Positions 46,994 through 56,879 of a stretch of DNA of 64,000 bases are shown here, piece after piece (the stretch's first letter is position 1; each line of letters starts with the position of its first letter). Under the pieces are notes generated by a model that was not told the origin of the DNA, searched no databases, and saw only the letters and a program-made list of their open reading frames with translations. The stretch spans positions 1 to 64,000 of the forward strand of contig JBFMCP010000013.1 in assembly GCA_040754455.1 (NCBI GenBank), read 5' to 3'. Origin of the DNA: Nitrospirota bacterium. Its GTDB lineage: Bacteria; Nitrospirota; Thermodesulfovibrionia; Thermodesulfovibrionales; Dissulfurispiraceae. The position numbers and the translations under genes are program-made.

Positions 46994-49900
46994 CTAGCCT
47001 ACGCTCTCGATCTCGGCAAACTGCAGGGAAATCGCTTTTGAAACGCCGGGCTCTTCCATGGTGATGCCGTAGAGGTAATCAGCAACCTCCATTGTCGTCT
47101 TATTGTGGGTGATGACGACGAACTGCGTATCCCGGGAAAGCTCCTTTATCATCTGGGCAAAGCGCACGGTGTTCGACTCGTCGAGCGGGGCATCTACCTC
47201 GTCGAGGATGCAGAGCGGACTCGGCTTGATCAGAAAGCCCGCAAAGAGCAGCGCGAGCGAGGTGAGTGCTTTTTCTCCTCCTGAAAGGAGGTTCAGGTTC
47301 TGGAGCTTCTTGCCCGGCGGCTGCGCAATGATCTCAAGGCCCGAGTCGAGGATGTTCTCCTCGTCGGTAAGCAGGATATCGGCCTTGCCGCCGCCGAAGA
47401 TGGTGGTAAAGACTTCGGCAAATTTCGTCCTGAGCGCATCATACGCTTCGCGGAGCTTTCTCCTCGTCGAAGCATTGATCCTGCTGATCGCCTCCTCCAG
47501 CTCGGCAATGGACATGGTCAGGTCCTGCTGCTGTTTGGCAAGAAAGTCGTAGCGGGTCTTGAGCTCTTCATATTCCTCGATGGTGCCGAGGTTCACCGGG
47601 CCCAGGTCGCGGATCTTTTCATTCAATTCATTGGTCCTGCTCTCATCCTCGGCAGGCTCGAAGCCCTCTGTCTCGATCTGCTCCTGCTTGATCTCCAAAC
47701 CGTATTTCTGCATGATGCCGGTTTCGATGTTCTCCAATCTAAGGCGGTGCTCAACCGATTTTGCGTTGGCATCGGTCAGCTCCTGCGCGAGAAGATCGAT
47801 ATCGCTGCGGATCTGCCGAAGCGCGGCATTTTCTTCGATCAGCAACTGACTCTCGGCCTCGATCGCCTCTTTCCGGATAGCCCGTTCCTGCCGCATCGCA
47901 TCGACTTCATTGACCAGGACCTTTATCGCTTCCTCACGGGTCTGGAGCTCGGCAAGCGACGTCTCGAGCCGCTGCTCCGCTTCCTGAATCCCCCGTGCAG
48001 CGTTCTCCTTGGCGATTTCGAGGTCGCTGATCGCCCGGTGTGCCATTCCCTCTTCGCGTTGCAGACCCTCGATCTTCTCTTTGTACGAGGCGATGGTCAG
48101 TTGCATATCGGTGAGACGGGCACGGGCCGCTTCGTATTCGGCCTTGATCGAAACGAGGGCGTTCTGATAGGTCGTGATCTCTTCGCTGATAACGGTTTTC
48201 TCCTGTTCTGCGAGGTTGATCTCTTCGGTCTTTATGCTGATGTAGCTCTTCAGCGATTCCTTGTCCTCGGCAATGGCGGCGAGCTCGGTATCCAGGAAGG
48301 AGAGCTTCCTCCGTTTTCTCTCGATCTCCTCTTTTTGTCCGGCCAGCGAATGTTCGGCAAGGGATATCTCTTTTTCGACATCCACGAGAGAGCTTTCGAG
48401 GGACTTTAACGCCTCTTTCCGGCTCGCGAGAGAGGCGGCAGCGTCATTGAGTTCATACTCGGTCCTCTCTATGGTTTCCTGCTGCGCCTGGATGGTTCTC
48501 TGGAGCTCTTTGATCTCTCTCTTCCGCTTCAGGATATCTTTGCCCTGTCCGACGAGGATAACGCCGTCCCTGCCGATGAACTCGCCGTCGAGCGTGACCA
48601 GTGCGACATTGCTGAAGGGTTCGAGTGCCTTGAGCGAGAGGGCACGGGCGAGGTCTTTTACAATATAGGTGTTCTCCAGTATCCTTGCGATGATCGTGCC
48701 CTGGATATCGTTCTTGTCATACGAAATGAAATCCGAGGCTTTTCCAATGATCGCCTCATGTGAGAGTGCCGGAGCGCCGGAAGCGGCATCCGGGAAGGCG
48801 GTCCTGAATCCGGTATAGAGCAGAGCCGTTCTGCCGAGCTGCTTTTCCTTTATGATAGCGACTGCGGCGATGATCTGGTCGACGCTGTTCAGAATGATGG
48901 TGTTGACCTTCTCTGCGAGCGCAGCCTCGATTGCACGCTCATAATCGCTGTCCGCGTTGATGATGTCCGAAAGCACGAGGCAGTTCGCCGACAGGTCGCT
49001 CCCTGCGACCGGCTGTGCCGCCGGCATCTCGCCTTCGCCGCAGGCAGCCGGGTGAACATCAACGGCCTTTGAAAGCACATCGTGCAGAGAAGTATCGATG
49101 GTGAGCTCTTTGAGCGAGGCGAGACGGGAATTGTTCGATGCGAGTGTCTCGCGCTCCCGGGCAAGCAGTAGTTTCCTCTCTTCAATCTCGTTGCTCAACT
49201 GCTCCAGCTCATCAACGAGCATATCACGGTCCATCTGCAGTGAGGTGTGATGTGCTTTGGAAGCCTGAATGCTCTCCTCAGCCTCTGCAATGGCCTTTTC
49301 GAGTGCGGCGATTCCTTCGGTAATGGTGGCGCGGTCGCTGATAGACGTTGATTCCCTGTAGTTCAGTGTCTCAAGAGATGATTGGAACTTGTGCAGGTCA
49401 TTGCGCTTCTGACTGATCGTTTCCGAAGCCCTGAAGAGGTCTCTCCGTTTCTCCTCGATCGCCGATTCCCTCTCGGCAATGGTCGCTTCGATATCGCTCA
49501 GGGCGTCTCTCTTCTCCCGCAGCTCATCAGCGATGCCCGCCATGCTGGTGGAGAGGTCGCTGATGTTGTCGCTGACCTCGGCGATCCTTTTTCGGAGCTC
49601 CTCTTTCTTGATATCGAACTCATGCTGTTGCTGGGCGAGGCGGGCGATCTCCTGCTTCGTGTTCTCGATGCTGTTTTTCAGGACTGCGATCTGCTTTTCC
49701 GTTTCCGAGATGTCCCGCTCTCTTGCATAGAGTGTTGTTTCGAGTTCTGCGAGCTCCTTTTCTTTGCCGACGAGCTCGAGCCGCTTCACCTCCAGCTGGT
49801 TTTCGAGGGTGAAGAGCTCGCTCCGTTTCGAGGAATCGACCTCCCTGAGGCGTTCGAGGGTGGAGAGGAGCTCCGTCAGCGCCTCGGCGAGCCGCAGGTG

Positions 49901-50617
49901 CTCCCGCTTCGCGATCCTCAGTTCAAGACTTTTCAGTTCTTCGATGAGGCGTTTGTAGCGCTCTGCCTTTTTCACCTGGCGGTCGAGGCTGTTGATCTGG
50001 CGCTTAACTTCATACACAATATCATTGATTCTCTGGAGGTTTTGCTTCGATGACTCGAGCTTCGAGAGGGCCTCGTTTTTCCTTATCTTATATTTCATTA
50101 CCCCCGCGACTTCTTCGATCAAAAACCTCCTGTCCTGGGGCTTCGTATTGATGATTTCCGAAACCTTGCCCTGGTCCAGTATCGAGTAGCTCTTTACATC
50201 GAGGCCGGTATCGAGAAAGATATCCTTGATATCCTTCAGCCGGCACTGCTTTTTGTTTAAATAGTATTCACTCTCTCCCGAACGGTAGAGCCTGCGGGCG
50301 ACGATGATACTGTCGCCGTGGGAGTCGCCATTGCCGTTTTCCGCGGGACCCGCCTCGCCTTGGGAAAGGATCAGCATGACCTCTGCCATTCCCTTTTGCT
50401 TGACGTTTGACGAACCCTGGAAGATGACTTCCTCCATTCTCTCGCCGCGAAGGCTCTTGACGCTCTGCTCGCCGAGCACCCACTTGAAGGCGTCGACGAC
50501 ATTGCTTTTTCCGCATCCGTTGGGTCCCACGATGCAGGTGATGCCGCGATGGAGCTTAAGGGGTGTCTTTTCTGCAAATGATTTAAAACCGGTGAGTTCG
50601 ATCTGTTTGATTCTCAT
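46994..50617 (-). CDS. smc: Chromosome segregation protein SMC
   Basis: GFKSF, GPNGCGKSN, coiled coils, hinge VTLDG, LSGGE, CILDEVDAPLD. Confidence 0.96.
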   Translation of the reverse strand: MRIKQIELTGFKSFAEKTPLKLHRGITCIVGPNGCGKSNVVDAFKWVLGEQSVKSLRGERMEEVIFQGSSNVKQKGMAEVMLILSQGEAGPAENGNGDSHGDSIIVARRLYRSGESEYYLNKKQCRLKDIKDIFLDTGLDVKSYSILDQGKVSEIINTKPQDRRFLIEEVAGVMKYKIRKNEALSKLESSKQNLQRINDIVYEVKRQINSLDRQVKKAERYKRLIEELKSLELRIAKREHLRLAEALTELLSTLERLREVDSSKRSELFTLENQLEVKRLELVGKEKELAELETTLYARERDISETEKQIAVLKNSIENTKQEIARLAQQQHEFDIKKEELRKRIAEVSDNISDLSTSMAGIADELREKRDALSDIEATIAERESAIEEKRRDLFRASETISQKRNDLHKFQSSLETLNYRESTSISDRATITEGIAALEKAIAEAEESIQASKAHHTSLQMDRDMLVDELEQLSNEIEERKLLLARERETLASNNSRLASLKELTIDTSLHDVLSKAVDVHPAACGEGEMPAAQPVAGSDLSANCLVLSDIINADSDYERAIEAALAEKVNTIILNSVDQIIAAVAIIKEKQLGRTALLYTGFRTAFPDAASGAPALSHEAIIGKASDFISYDKNDIQGTIIARILENTYIVKDLARALSLKALEPFSNVALVTLDGEFIGRDGVILVGQGKDILKRKREIKELQRTIQAQQETIERTEYELNDAAASLASRKEALKSLESSLVDVEKEISLAEHSLAGQKEEIERKRRKLSFLDTELAAIAEDKESLKSYISIKTEEINLAEQEKTVISEEITTYQNALVSIKAEYEAARARLTDMQLTIASYKEKIEGLQREEGMAHRAISDLEIAKENAARGIQEAEQRLETSLAELQTREEAIKVLVNEVDAMRQERAIRKEAIEAESQLLIEENAALRQIRSDIDLLAQELTDANAKSVEHRLRLENIETGIMQKYGLEIKQEQIETEGFEPAEDESRTNELNEKIRDLGPVNLGTIEEYEELKTRYDFLAKQQQDLTMSIAELEEAISRINASTRRKLREAYDALRTKFAEVFTTIFGGGKADILLTDEENILDSGLEIIAQPPGKKLQNLNLLSGGEKALTSLALLFAGFLIKPSPLCILDEVDAPLDESNTVRFAQMIKELSRDTQFVVITHNKTTMEVADYLYGITMEEPGVSKAISLQFAEIESVG

Positions 50618-50841
50618 AACCGTTAATTGTACGGCGGATGGACTGAAAGGGTCAAGTGAAAAAGGCCTCTCATATATATTCTTGTTTCTATTGGTTTTCA
50701 GTTCTCATTAATATTTCAATTAATTTTTTTTATTTGACGATTGCTATGCTAAAATATTAGCCTGTATATTAGACTGAAAAGTCAACCGAAGTTTTAAGCA
50801 GACCACTAGGCGCTTAAAATCCAAATAAGAAGGAGGAATTT

Positions 50842-52026
50842 ATGCCAAAGAAGTATGAGACTCCCCTGTTGGACGAGCTGGAAAAAGGCCCTTTTCCAAG
50901 CTTCGTGACAGAGATCAAGAAGGCAGCGGCAAAAAACGACATGGCTGCTGACGAGCTTGGGCAGCTCGAAAAGTCATACCGTGACAAACGCGGTTACTGG
51001 AAGCACGGCGGCATCGTCGGCGTCCGGGGATACGGCGGTGGCGTTATCGGCAGATACTCTTCGCTTCCCGAGCAGTTCCCGAATGTTGCAAACTTCCATA
51101 CCGTCCGAATCAATTCCACCTCAGCATTCTTTTATACCTCCAAGTTTCTGAATGAAATGTGCGATATCTGGGATAAATACGGCAGCGGTCTTACCAATAT
51201 GCATGGTTCGACCGGCGACCTGGTCCTCCTTGGCACTACCACTGAGAACCTTGAGCCTGTTTTTGCCGAGTTTTCCTCCCGCGGTTGGGACCTCGGCGGC
51301 TCCGGTTCTGCACTGAGAACGCCGAGTTGCTGCGTCGGCCCGGCTCGCTGCGAGTGGTCGAATATCGACACCCTTGCCATCAATTATGCTATCACCCAAG
51401 AGTGGCAGGATGAGATGCACCGGCCCGCATTTCCCTACAAATTCAAATTCAAGACTGCAGGCTGCGCCGTTGACTGTATTGCCTCCATCGCGCGTGCAGA
51501 CTGCTCCATCATCGGCACCTGGAAGGGCAAGATCGCCGTTGACCAGGCCGAAGTCGCCAACTATGCGAAGAATGGTATGGACATCAAGGACGAGATCGTC
51601 GACCGTTGCCCCAGCAAATGCATGAGCTATGACGGCAAAGAGCTGAAGATCAAAGATGAAGATTGCGTGCGCTGCATGCACTGTATCGCAAAGATGACCA
51701 AGGCATTGAAGCCTACCGGCGAGAGGGGTGCTACCATCCTCATCGGCAGCAAGGCCCCGTTCGTTATCGGTGCAACCCTCTCATGGGTCATCGTTCCGTT
51801 CATGAAGATGGAGCCGCCCTACGATGAGTTCAAAGACCTCATCAGAAAGATGTGGGAGTTCTGGGATGAGCACGGAAAGAACAGGGAGAGAATCGGCGAA
51901 CTCATCATCAGAAAGGGCATGAGGGAGTTCCTCGAGTACATCGGTATTGATCCTCAGCCGCAGCAGGTGAAAGAGCCGAGAAGAGATCCCTTCTTCTTCT
52001 GGACCGAAGCTGACTTGCAGAAATAA
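50842..52026 (+). CDS. dsrA: Dissimilatory sulfite reductase alpha subunit
   Basis: [57 protein letters not shown]. Confidence 0.98.
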   Translation: MPKKYETPLLDELEKGPFPSFVTEIKKAAAKNDMAADELGQLEKSYRDKRGYWKHGGIVGVRGYGGGVIGRYSSLPEQFPNVANFHTVRINSTSAFFYTSKFLNEMCDIWDKYGSGLTNMHGSTGDLVLLGTTTENLEPVFAEFSSRGWDLGGSGSALRTPSCCVGPARCEWSNIDTLAINYAITQEWQDEMHRPAFPYKFKFKTAGCAVDCIASIARADCSIIGTWKGKIAVDQAEVANYAKNGMDIKDEIVDRCPSKCMSYDGKELKIKDEDCVRCMHCIAKMTKALKPTGERGATILIGSKAPFVIGATLSWVIVPFMKMEPPYDEFKDLIRKMWEFWDEHGKNRERIGELIIRKGMREFLEYIGIDPQPQQVKEPRRDPFFFWTEADLQK

Positions 52027-52056
52027 CATTTAAAATACAACGTAAGGAGGAATGTT

Positions 52057-53127
52057 ATGGCATTACCACAGAGAAGAACCGATATAGGACCACCCCATTA
52101 CAAAGATTTCCTGCCGCCCGTCATCCAGAAAAACTACGGAGATTGGAAGTATCACGAGATTCTCAGCCCCGGCGTGATGGTTCACGTAGCGAACAGCGGC
52201 GATAAAATATGGTCGGTGAGGGTTGCTACCCCCCGACTTCTCAGCACCGATACCATCAGGGAGTTTGCCAAGATTGCCGAGAAATACACCGGCGGCTATC
52301 TCAGGTTTACCACCAGGCACAACGTCGAGTTCCTCGTTTCCGACGAGAAGAACCTCGAGCCGCTCCAGAAAGAGCTCAAGGACAAGAAGTTCATGGTCGG
52401 CGGCATCGGCCCGAGGATAAGCAACATCGTTCACACCCAGGGCTGGGTCCACTGCCATTCGGCAGCATCGGATGCCTCCGGTCTGGTTAAAGTTCTGATG
52501 GATGAGTTCGCCGATTACTTCACCACAAAGTCGACCCCGAACAAGGTGAGACTGGCGGTCGCCTGCTGCGTGAACATGTGCGGTGCGGTCCACTGCTCCG
52601 ATATCGCCGTTGTGGCAATCCACAGAAAGGTACCGACCATTGATCATGAAAAGGTCAAGAACATGTGCGAGGTCCCTTCGACCATCGCTGCATGCCCGAC
52701 CGGCGCGATCAGCCCGGATCCCGCAAAGAAGAGCGTAAAAATCAAAGAGGACAAATGCATGTACTGCGGAAACTGCTTTACCGTATGTCCGCCGATCGAA
52801 ATCCACGATCCCAATTATGATGGCGTGGCGATCGTGGTGGGCGGTAAAGTCGGTAACCTTAGAACCGCTCCGAAGTTCTCCAAGCTTGCTATCCCCTTCA
52901 TCAAGAACAATCCTCCGAGATGGCCTGAAGTCACCTCTGCTGTCAGGAAGATCCTTGATGCATATGTTGCTGATGCGAAGAAGCACGAGAGGGTCGGCGA
53001 GTGGATTGAAAGGATCGGCTGGGAGAAGTTCTTCAAGGTCACCGGACTGCCCTTCACCTTCCAGCACATCGACGACTTCGTGATCGCAAGGGAGACCTTC
53101 AGAACGGCAGCTACATTTAAGTGGTAA
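52057..53127 (+). CDS. dsrB: Dissimilatory sulfite reductase beta subunit
   Basis: [40 protein letters not shown]. Confidence 0.98.
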   Translation: MALPQRRTDIGPPHYKDFLPPVIQKNYGDWKYHEILSPGVMVHVANSGDKIWSVRVATPRLLSTDTIREFAKIAEKYTGGYLRFTTRHNVEFLVSDEKNLEPLQKELKDKKFMVGGIGPRISNIVHTQGWVHCHSAASDASGLVKVLMDEFADYFTTKSTPNKVRLAVACCVNMCGAVHCSDIAVVAIHRKVPTIDHEKVKNMCEVPSTIAACPTGAISPDPAKKSVKIKEDKCMYCGNCFTVCPPIEIHDPNYDGVAIVVGGKVGNLRTAPKFSKLAIPFIKNNPPRWPEVTSAVRKILDAYVADAKKHERVGEWIERIGWEKFFKVTGLPFTFQHIDDFVIARETFRTAATFKW

Positions 53128-53160
53128 TTTTTGTATAATAGAAACTAGATGCATTAAGCG

Positions 53161-53199
53161 GTTGGCAGGTGGGGAGCCCCTCACCTGCCAGCTCCTTTT
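53161..53199 (+). terminator. Stem-loop between dsrB and dsrD
   Basis: TGGCAGGTG / CACCTGCCA stem followed by a short T-run. Confidence 0.5.
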
Positions 53200-53237
53200 A
53201 CCACCGATATACTAAAAATCCAAGGAAGGGGTGCGCT

Positions 53238-53453
53238 ATGGAAAAAGAAGAAGTGAAACAGAAGATTTACGAGCTGGTCGAGAAATCCATGGGTAAGAAG
53301 AAACTGAAATCGAGCGACATCCAGAAGACCATCTCTGCTGAAGCTGGTATCTCAAGGGATGAAGTGAAAGACGCACTGAAAGATTTAGTCGACGAGGGAA
53401 AGCTTATCTATACCTATTTTGGCGGAAGCTTCGTCGAGATACCTCCCAAGTAG
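53238..53453 (+). CDS. dsrD: Dissimilatory sulfite reductase D-family protein
   Basis: 71-aa basic winged-helix-like protein directly after dsrB; VK.ALK.LVDEGKL.Y. Confidence 0.85.
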   Translation: MEKEEVKQKIYELVEKSMGKKKLKSSDIQKTISAEAGISRDEVKDALKDLVDEGKLIYTYFGGSFVEIPPK

Positions 53454-53476
53454 AACTTTTTACATTGCTTTTTATT

Positions 53477-53520
53477 AAAGGCAGACCACGGCAACGTGCC
53501 ATCTGCCTTTTTGTTTTTTT
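53477..53520 (+). terminator. Intrinsic terminator after dsrD
   Basis: AAAGGCAGA / TCTGCCTTT stem with a long T-run. Confidence 0.75.
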
Positions 53521-53566
53521 CAGGTTCTGCCAGGGAATTGCGTGAGTAAAAGGATGAGGCATAATA

Positions 53567-53734
53567 AACCGTAAAGGCACAGAGGTGAAAATCCTCAATT
53601 CGAATTTCGAAATACTAAACAAATTCGAATACTCAAAATCCGAAACATATGTATCTGTTTCGAATTTTATATTTATTTATGATTTAATGCTTAGGATTTC
53701 GAATCTATTCTCTGTGTCTCCGTGCCTCTGTGGT
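53567..53734. repeat. Nested inverted-repeat element between dsrD and dsrN
   Basis: Outer arms ACCGTAAAGGCACAGAG / CTCCGTGCCTCTGTGGT; inner heptamer element similar to 10395-10526. Confidence 0.65.
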
Positions 53735-53777
53735 GATATTCCACTATTGTCTGCCTGATTGGTTATAATTAAAGACT

Positions 53778-55211
53778 ATGAGTACGTATCCACGATTGAC
53801 CATTGCCGGAATCAGGGGCGGCGGCGGCAAGACTACCCTTGCGCTTTCGCTGATTGCCGTCCTGAGACGACAGAAAGGATTGAAGGTCGTTCCCTTCAAG
53901 AAGGGCCCCGATTACATCGACGCGGGCTGGATGTCGGTGGCGGCACAGCACCCCTGCTACAACCTTGACCCGTTCCTGATTTCAAAAGAAAGAATTGTAG
54001 ATTCCTTTCTTGCCCATGCCAGTGGAGATATAGCAGTCATTGAGGGCAACAGAGGATTGTACGACGGCATGGATGCCGACGGGTCATACAGTACGGCAGA
54101 GCTCGCGAAACTCCTGAAGTCGCCGGTTGTCCTTATTGTCGATTGCACCAAAGTCACAAGGACAACGGCAGCGCTGGTATTGGGCTGCATGCTCATGGAC
54201 AGGGAGGTTGATCTCAAAGGCGTGGTCCTCAATCAGATCGCCGGCAGCCGCCACGAATCGGTCATTCGGGCATCGATCGAGAAATACTGTTCGGTGCCGG
54301 TGCTCGGCGCCATCCCGAAGCTCTCCGCAGGAGACCTCCCCGAGCGCCACATGGGCCTGACCCCGTATCATGAATACCCCGACACAGAGAAAGCAATGGC
54401 GCTCCTTGAAGATATCGCGAAGAATTACCTGGATATAGAGAAGGTGTTGGGGATTGCGAGCGGGGCAGAACCGCTACATAAGTCAGAATCCGGAAGTCAG
54501 AATCCGGAAGTCGGTAAGTACACCATAAAATCCCCTTCCCTCTCCTTTACTAAAGGTGGAATTGCAGTAAGAATCGGTGTCATCAGGGATGCGGCGTTCC
54601 AGTTTTATTATCCTGAGAACCTTGAAGAATTGGAGAAGAGCGGCGCAGAAGTCGTTGATATCAACGCCCTCGCCGATTCCCATATTCCTGATATCGATGC
54701 GCTCTACATCGGCGGTGGCTTCCCCGAGACCAATGCCATCGACCTCGCTGAAAACACACGGTTAAGGGAGGCGGTGCGCACTGCTGCTGAAGAGGGGCTC
54801 CCCATTTATGCTGAGTGCGGCGGGCTTATGTTTTTGGGAGATGCTATTGTTGTGGATGGTGTGCGCTATCCTATGGTCGGCATCTTTCCGATTACCTTTG
54901 AGATGCGGAAAAAGCCCCAGGCGCATGGATATACCATTGTCGAAGTAGAGCGGGAAAATCCCTTTTATCCCGTAGGCACTATACTTCAGGGCCACGAATT
55001 CCACTATTCGGCGGTTGTGAGCATGGAGGAGCGGAAGGATATTCGGACTGCTTTCCTCATGCAGCGGGGTGCCGGCATACGGGATAAGCGGGACGGTATT
55101 TTTTATAAAAATGTTTTTGCCACCTATACACACCTCCACGCCCTCGGCTCTCCTGCCTGGTCGGAAGGTCTTATTGCAGCGGCGAAACATTTTAAAGAGA
55201 GCAAGGGCTGA
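53778..55211 (+). CDS. dsrN: Siroheme amidase DsrN (cobyrinate a,c-diamide synthase family)
   Basis: GGGKT, FKKGPDYID, EGNRGLYDG, PERHMGL, YIGGGFPE, YAECGG, GHEFHYS; dsr context. Confidence 0.92.
   Translation: MSTYPRLTIAGIRGGGGKTTLALSLIAVLRRQKGLKVVPFKKGPDYIDAGWMSVAAQHPCYNLDPFLISKERIVDSFLAHASGDIAVIEGNRGLYDGMDADGSYSTAELAKLLKSPVVLIVDCTKVTRTTAALVLGCMLMDREVDLKGVVLNQIAGSRHESVIRASIEKYCSVPVLGAIPKLSAGDLPERHMGLTPYHEYPDTEKAMALLEDIAKNYLDIEKVLGIASGAEPLHKSESGSQNPEVGKYTIKSPSLSFTKGGIAVRIGVIRDAAFQFYYPENLEELEKSGAEVVDINALADSHIPDIDALYIGGGFPETNAIDLAENTRLREAVRTAAEEGLPIYAECGGLMFLGDAIVVDGVRYPMVGIFPITFEMRKKPQAHGYTIVEVERENPFYPVGTILQGHEFHYSAVVSMEERKDIRTAFLMQRGAGIRDKRDGIFYKNVFATYTHLHALGSPAWSEGLIAAAKHFKESKG
54484..54563 (+). 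repeat. Composite in-frame repeat insertion in dsrN (heptamer repeat plus 36-bp palindrome)
   Basis: 54484-54514 matches queC 10107-10137 (28/31); 54528-54563 matches queC 9733-9768 (26/36). Confidence 0.8.
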
Positions 55212-55251
55212 ACCCTCGCTCTATTCCCGAAAGAAATGAGGAGAAGAGACC

Positions 55252-56286
55252 ATGAATAAATATCCGCCAGAGTGCCATTTCTGCGGGCGTGTCGTCGACC
55301 GTCCGGAATCCATAAAGACCGAGTTTGGAGAAGTGCTGGGCGGCAGATGCCGCTGCGGAGCGGTCTATGTCTGCGATCCGACAGGGCACAATACCGGCGA
55401 GGCATACATGGAAGCTCTTGCCCTGGCTAAAGGCGACTGGCAGATCGGAAGTATTGACCAGGATGTGGACTACCAGGCGGAAGACGTGGATTATGACCTG
55501 AAGACTCATCAGCGGATCTATACCAAAGGCTTCAGCAGCATGTCGGGAAAACTCGTCTTTGTGAAACTTGCGGTCCCCGGTACCGAAAGCGCTCCTGCCC
55601 CGGTTGCAGCACCGGTGAGCGCCGGTGAGGCGCCGGAGGAGAAAGGGGGTGGCAGAAAGCTCAAGAAGAGAGTACGGGCGCTCTTGGAAACCGCCTCCTT
55701 CGATGAGGTCGCCGCGCTTGCCCTCCAGGACAAAGGAGTCATCCGGTGGCTCATCTCGTCAGCCTATGACAAAGAGGATGTGGTCAGCTGGCGGGCGATC
55801 GAAGCAGTAGGGCTTGTTTCCCGTGCATACGCCGCGGGGAGCGTTGAGGTTATTCGTGACACGGTCCGCCGCCTCTTGTGGTCGATGGGCGAAGAGTCGG
55901 GAGGGATCGGCTGGAGCGCTGCCGAAATGCTGGGAGAGATCATCGCCAACAACCCTGATGAATTCGGTGATATTGCACCTATTGTCTGGTCGTTCAGAGA
56001 CGAAGAGATGTTCAGGGCAGGTGTTGTCTGGGCAATGGGGCGCATCGCAGCAGTGCGGCCCGACCTTGTGCCATTCACGGCTGAAGCATTGCCGCAGTTC
56101 TTGGAGGACAAGAACCCCGTCGTCAGGGGATACGCGGCGTGGACGGCTGGCATACTGGCCGAAGAGACTGCCGGTATCGAAAAGTTATTGAGCGACAACA
56201 GTGAAATACTCTTTTATGATCAGCACTGTTTGCAGAGGAGAACCGTTGCTGATATTGCCCGAGAAGCATTGCATAAACGGGTCTAA
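55252..56286 (+). CDS. Uncharacterised protein: Cys-rich N-terminal domain plus HEAT/ARM-repeat domain
   Basis: CHFC...CRC...VC; Pro/Ala linker; WRAIEAVG, RRLLWSMGEESGGIGW, VWAMGRI, VRGYAAW repeats. Confidence 0.85.
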   Translation: MNKYPPECHFCGRVVDRPESIKTEFGEVLGGRCRCGAVYVCDPTGHNTGEAYMEALALAKGDWQIGSIDQDVDYQAEDVDYDLKTHQRIYTKGFSSMSGKLVFVKLAVPGTESAPAPVAAPVSAGEAPEEKGGGRKLKKRVRALLETASFDEVAALALQDKGVIRWLISSAYDKEDVVSWRAIEAVGLVSRAYAAGSVEVIRDTVRRLLWSMGEESGGIGWSAAEMLGEIIANNPDEFGDIAPIVWSFRDEEMFRAGVVWAMGRIAAVRPDLVPFTAEALPQFLEDKNPVVRGYAAWTAGILAEETAGIEKLLSDNSEILFYDQHCLQRRTVADIAREALHKRV

Positions 56287-56334
56287 TAAGACTATAATAT
56301 TATTCTATTTGATTCGACCCGCGGTTCTATATTA

Positions 56335-56354
56335 ATGTGATAGTTATATCACAT
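56335..56354. promoter_or_regulatory. Palindromic putative operator upstream of dsrC
   Basis: ATGTGATA-GTTA-TATCACAT, perfect 8-bp arms. Confidence 0.55.
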
Positions 56355-56416
56355 AAACGTAATGCATTTATGATTCAATGTATTAAACATTGATCTCAAA
56401 AAAAGGAGGATGTATC

Positions 56417-56752
56417 ATGCCACACATTGAAGTAGCAGGCAAACAGATCGAAGTGGATGAAGATGGTTACATGGTTAACCTTGACGATTGGACCAAGGAG
56501 ATTGGTGAATCGATGGCAAAGGCCGACGGCCTTGAGCTCACCGACTCCCACTGGGAAATAATCAACTTCCTCAGGGACTACTATCAGAAGTACCAGATCG
56601 CTCCCATGATCAAGATCCTCGTCAAAGAGGTCGGTAAGGTCATGGGCCCTGACAAGGGCAACACCAAGTATCTGTATGAGCTGTTCCCGGATGGACCTGC
56701 AAAGCAGGCATGCCGCTATGCCGGACTGCCAAAGCCGACGGGGTGCGTCTAA
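56417..56752 (+). CDS. dsrC: Sulfur carrier DsrC
   Basis: DEDGY, HWEII, LFPDGPAKQACRYAGLPKPTGCV with both C-terminal Cys. Confidence 0.97.
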   Translation: MPHIEVAGKQIEVDEDGYMVNLDDWTKEIGESMAKADGLELTDSHWEIINFLRDYYQKYQIAPMIKILVKEVGKVMGPDKGNTKYLYELFPDGPAKQACRYAGLPKPTGCV

Positions 56753-56765
56753 GAGGAGATGAAGG

Positions 56766-56801
56766 AGAAAGGCAGGAAGCATGTTCCTGCCTTTCTTTTT
56801 T
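56766..56801 (+). terminator. Intrinsic terminator after dsrC
   Basis: AGAAAGGCAGGAA / TTCCTGCCTTTCT with a T-run. Confidence 0.8.
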
Positions 56802-56879
56802 GCCATAAGGGGCGGGGCGCTGAAGGATTTCTCCGTAGAGGTCGGGGAGGTTAAATCAAATGATGGCAACTGTTGTACA

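Noticed and set aside
48994..49010. GGTCGC-TCCCT-GCGACC hairpin in the smc hinge insertion as a REP element
   Set aside because: Only a 6-bp stem and no other copy in the window
53778..55211. Calling this gene cobalamin-pathway cbiA/cobB
   Set aside because: Its position inside the dsr cluster with no cob/cbi neighbours favours DsrN
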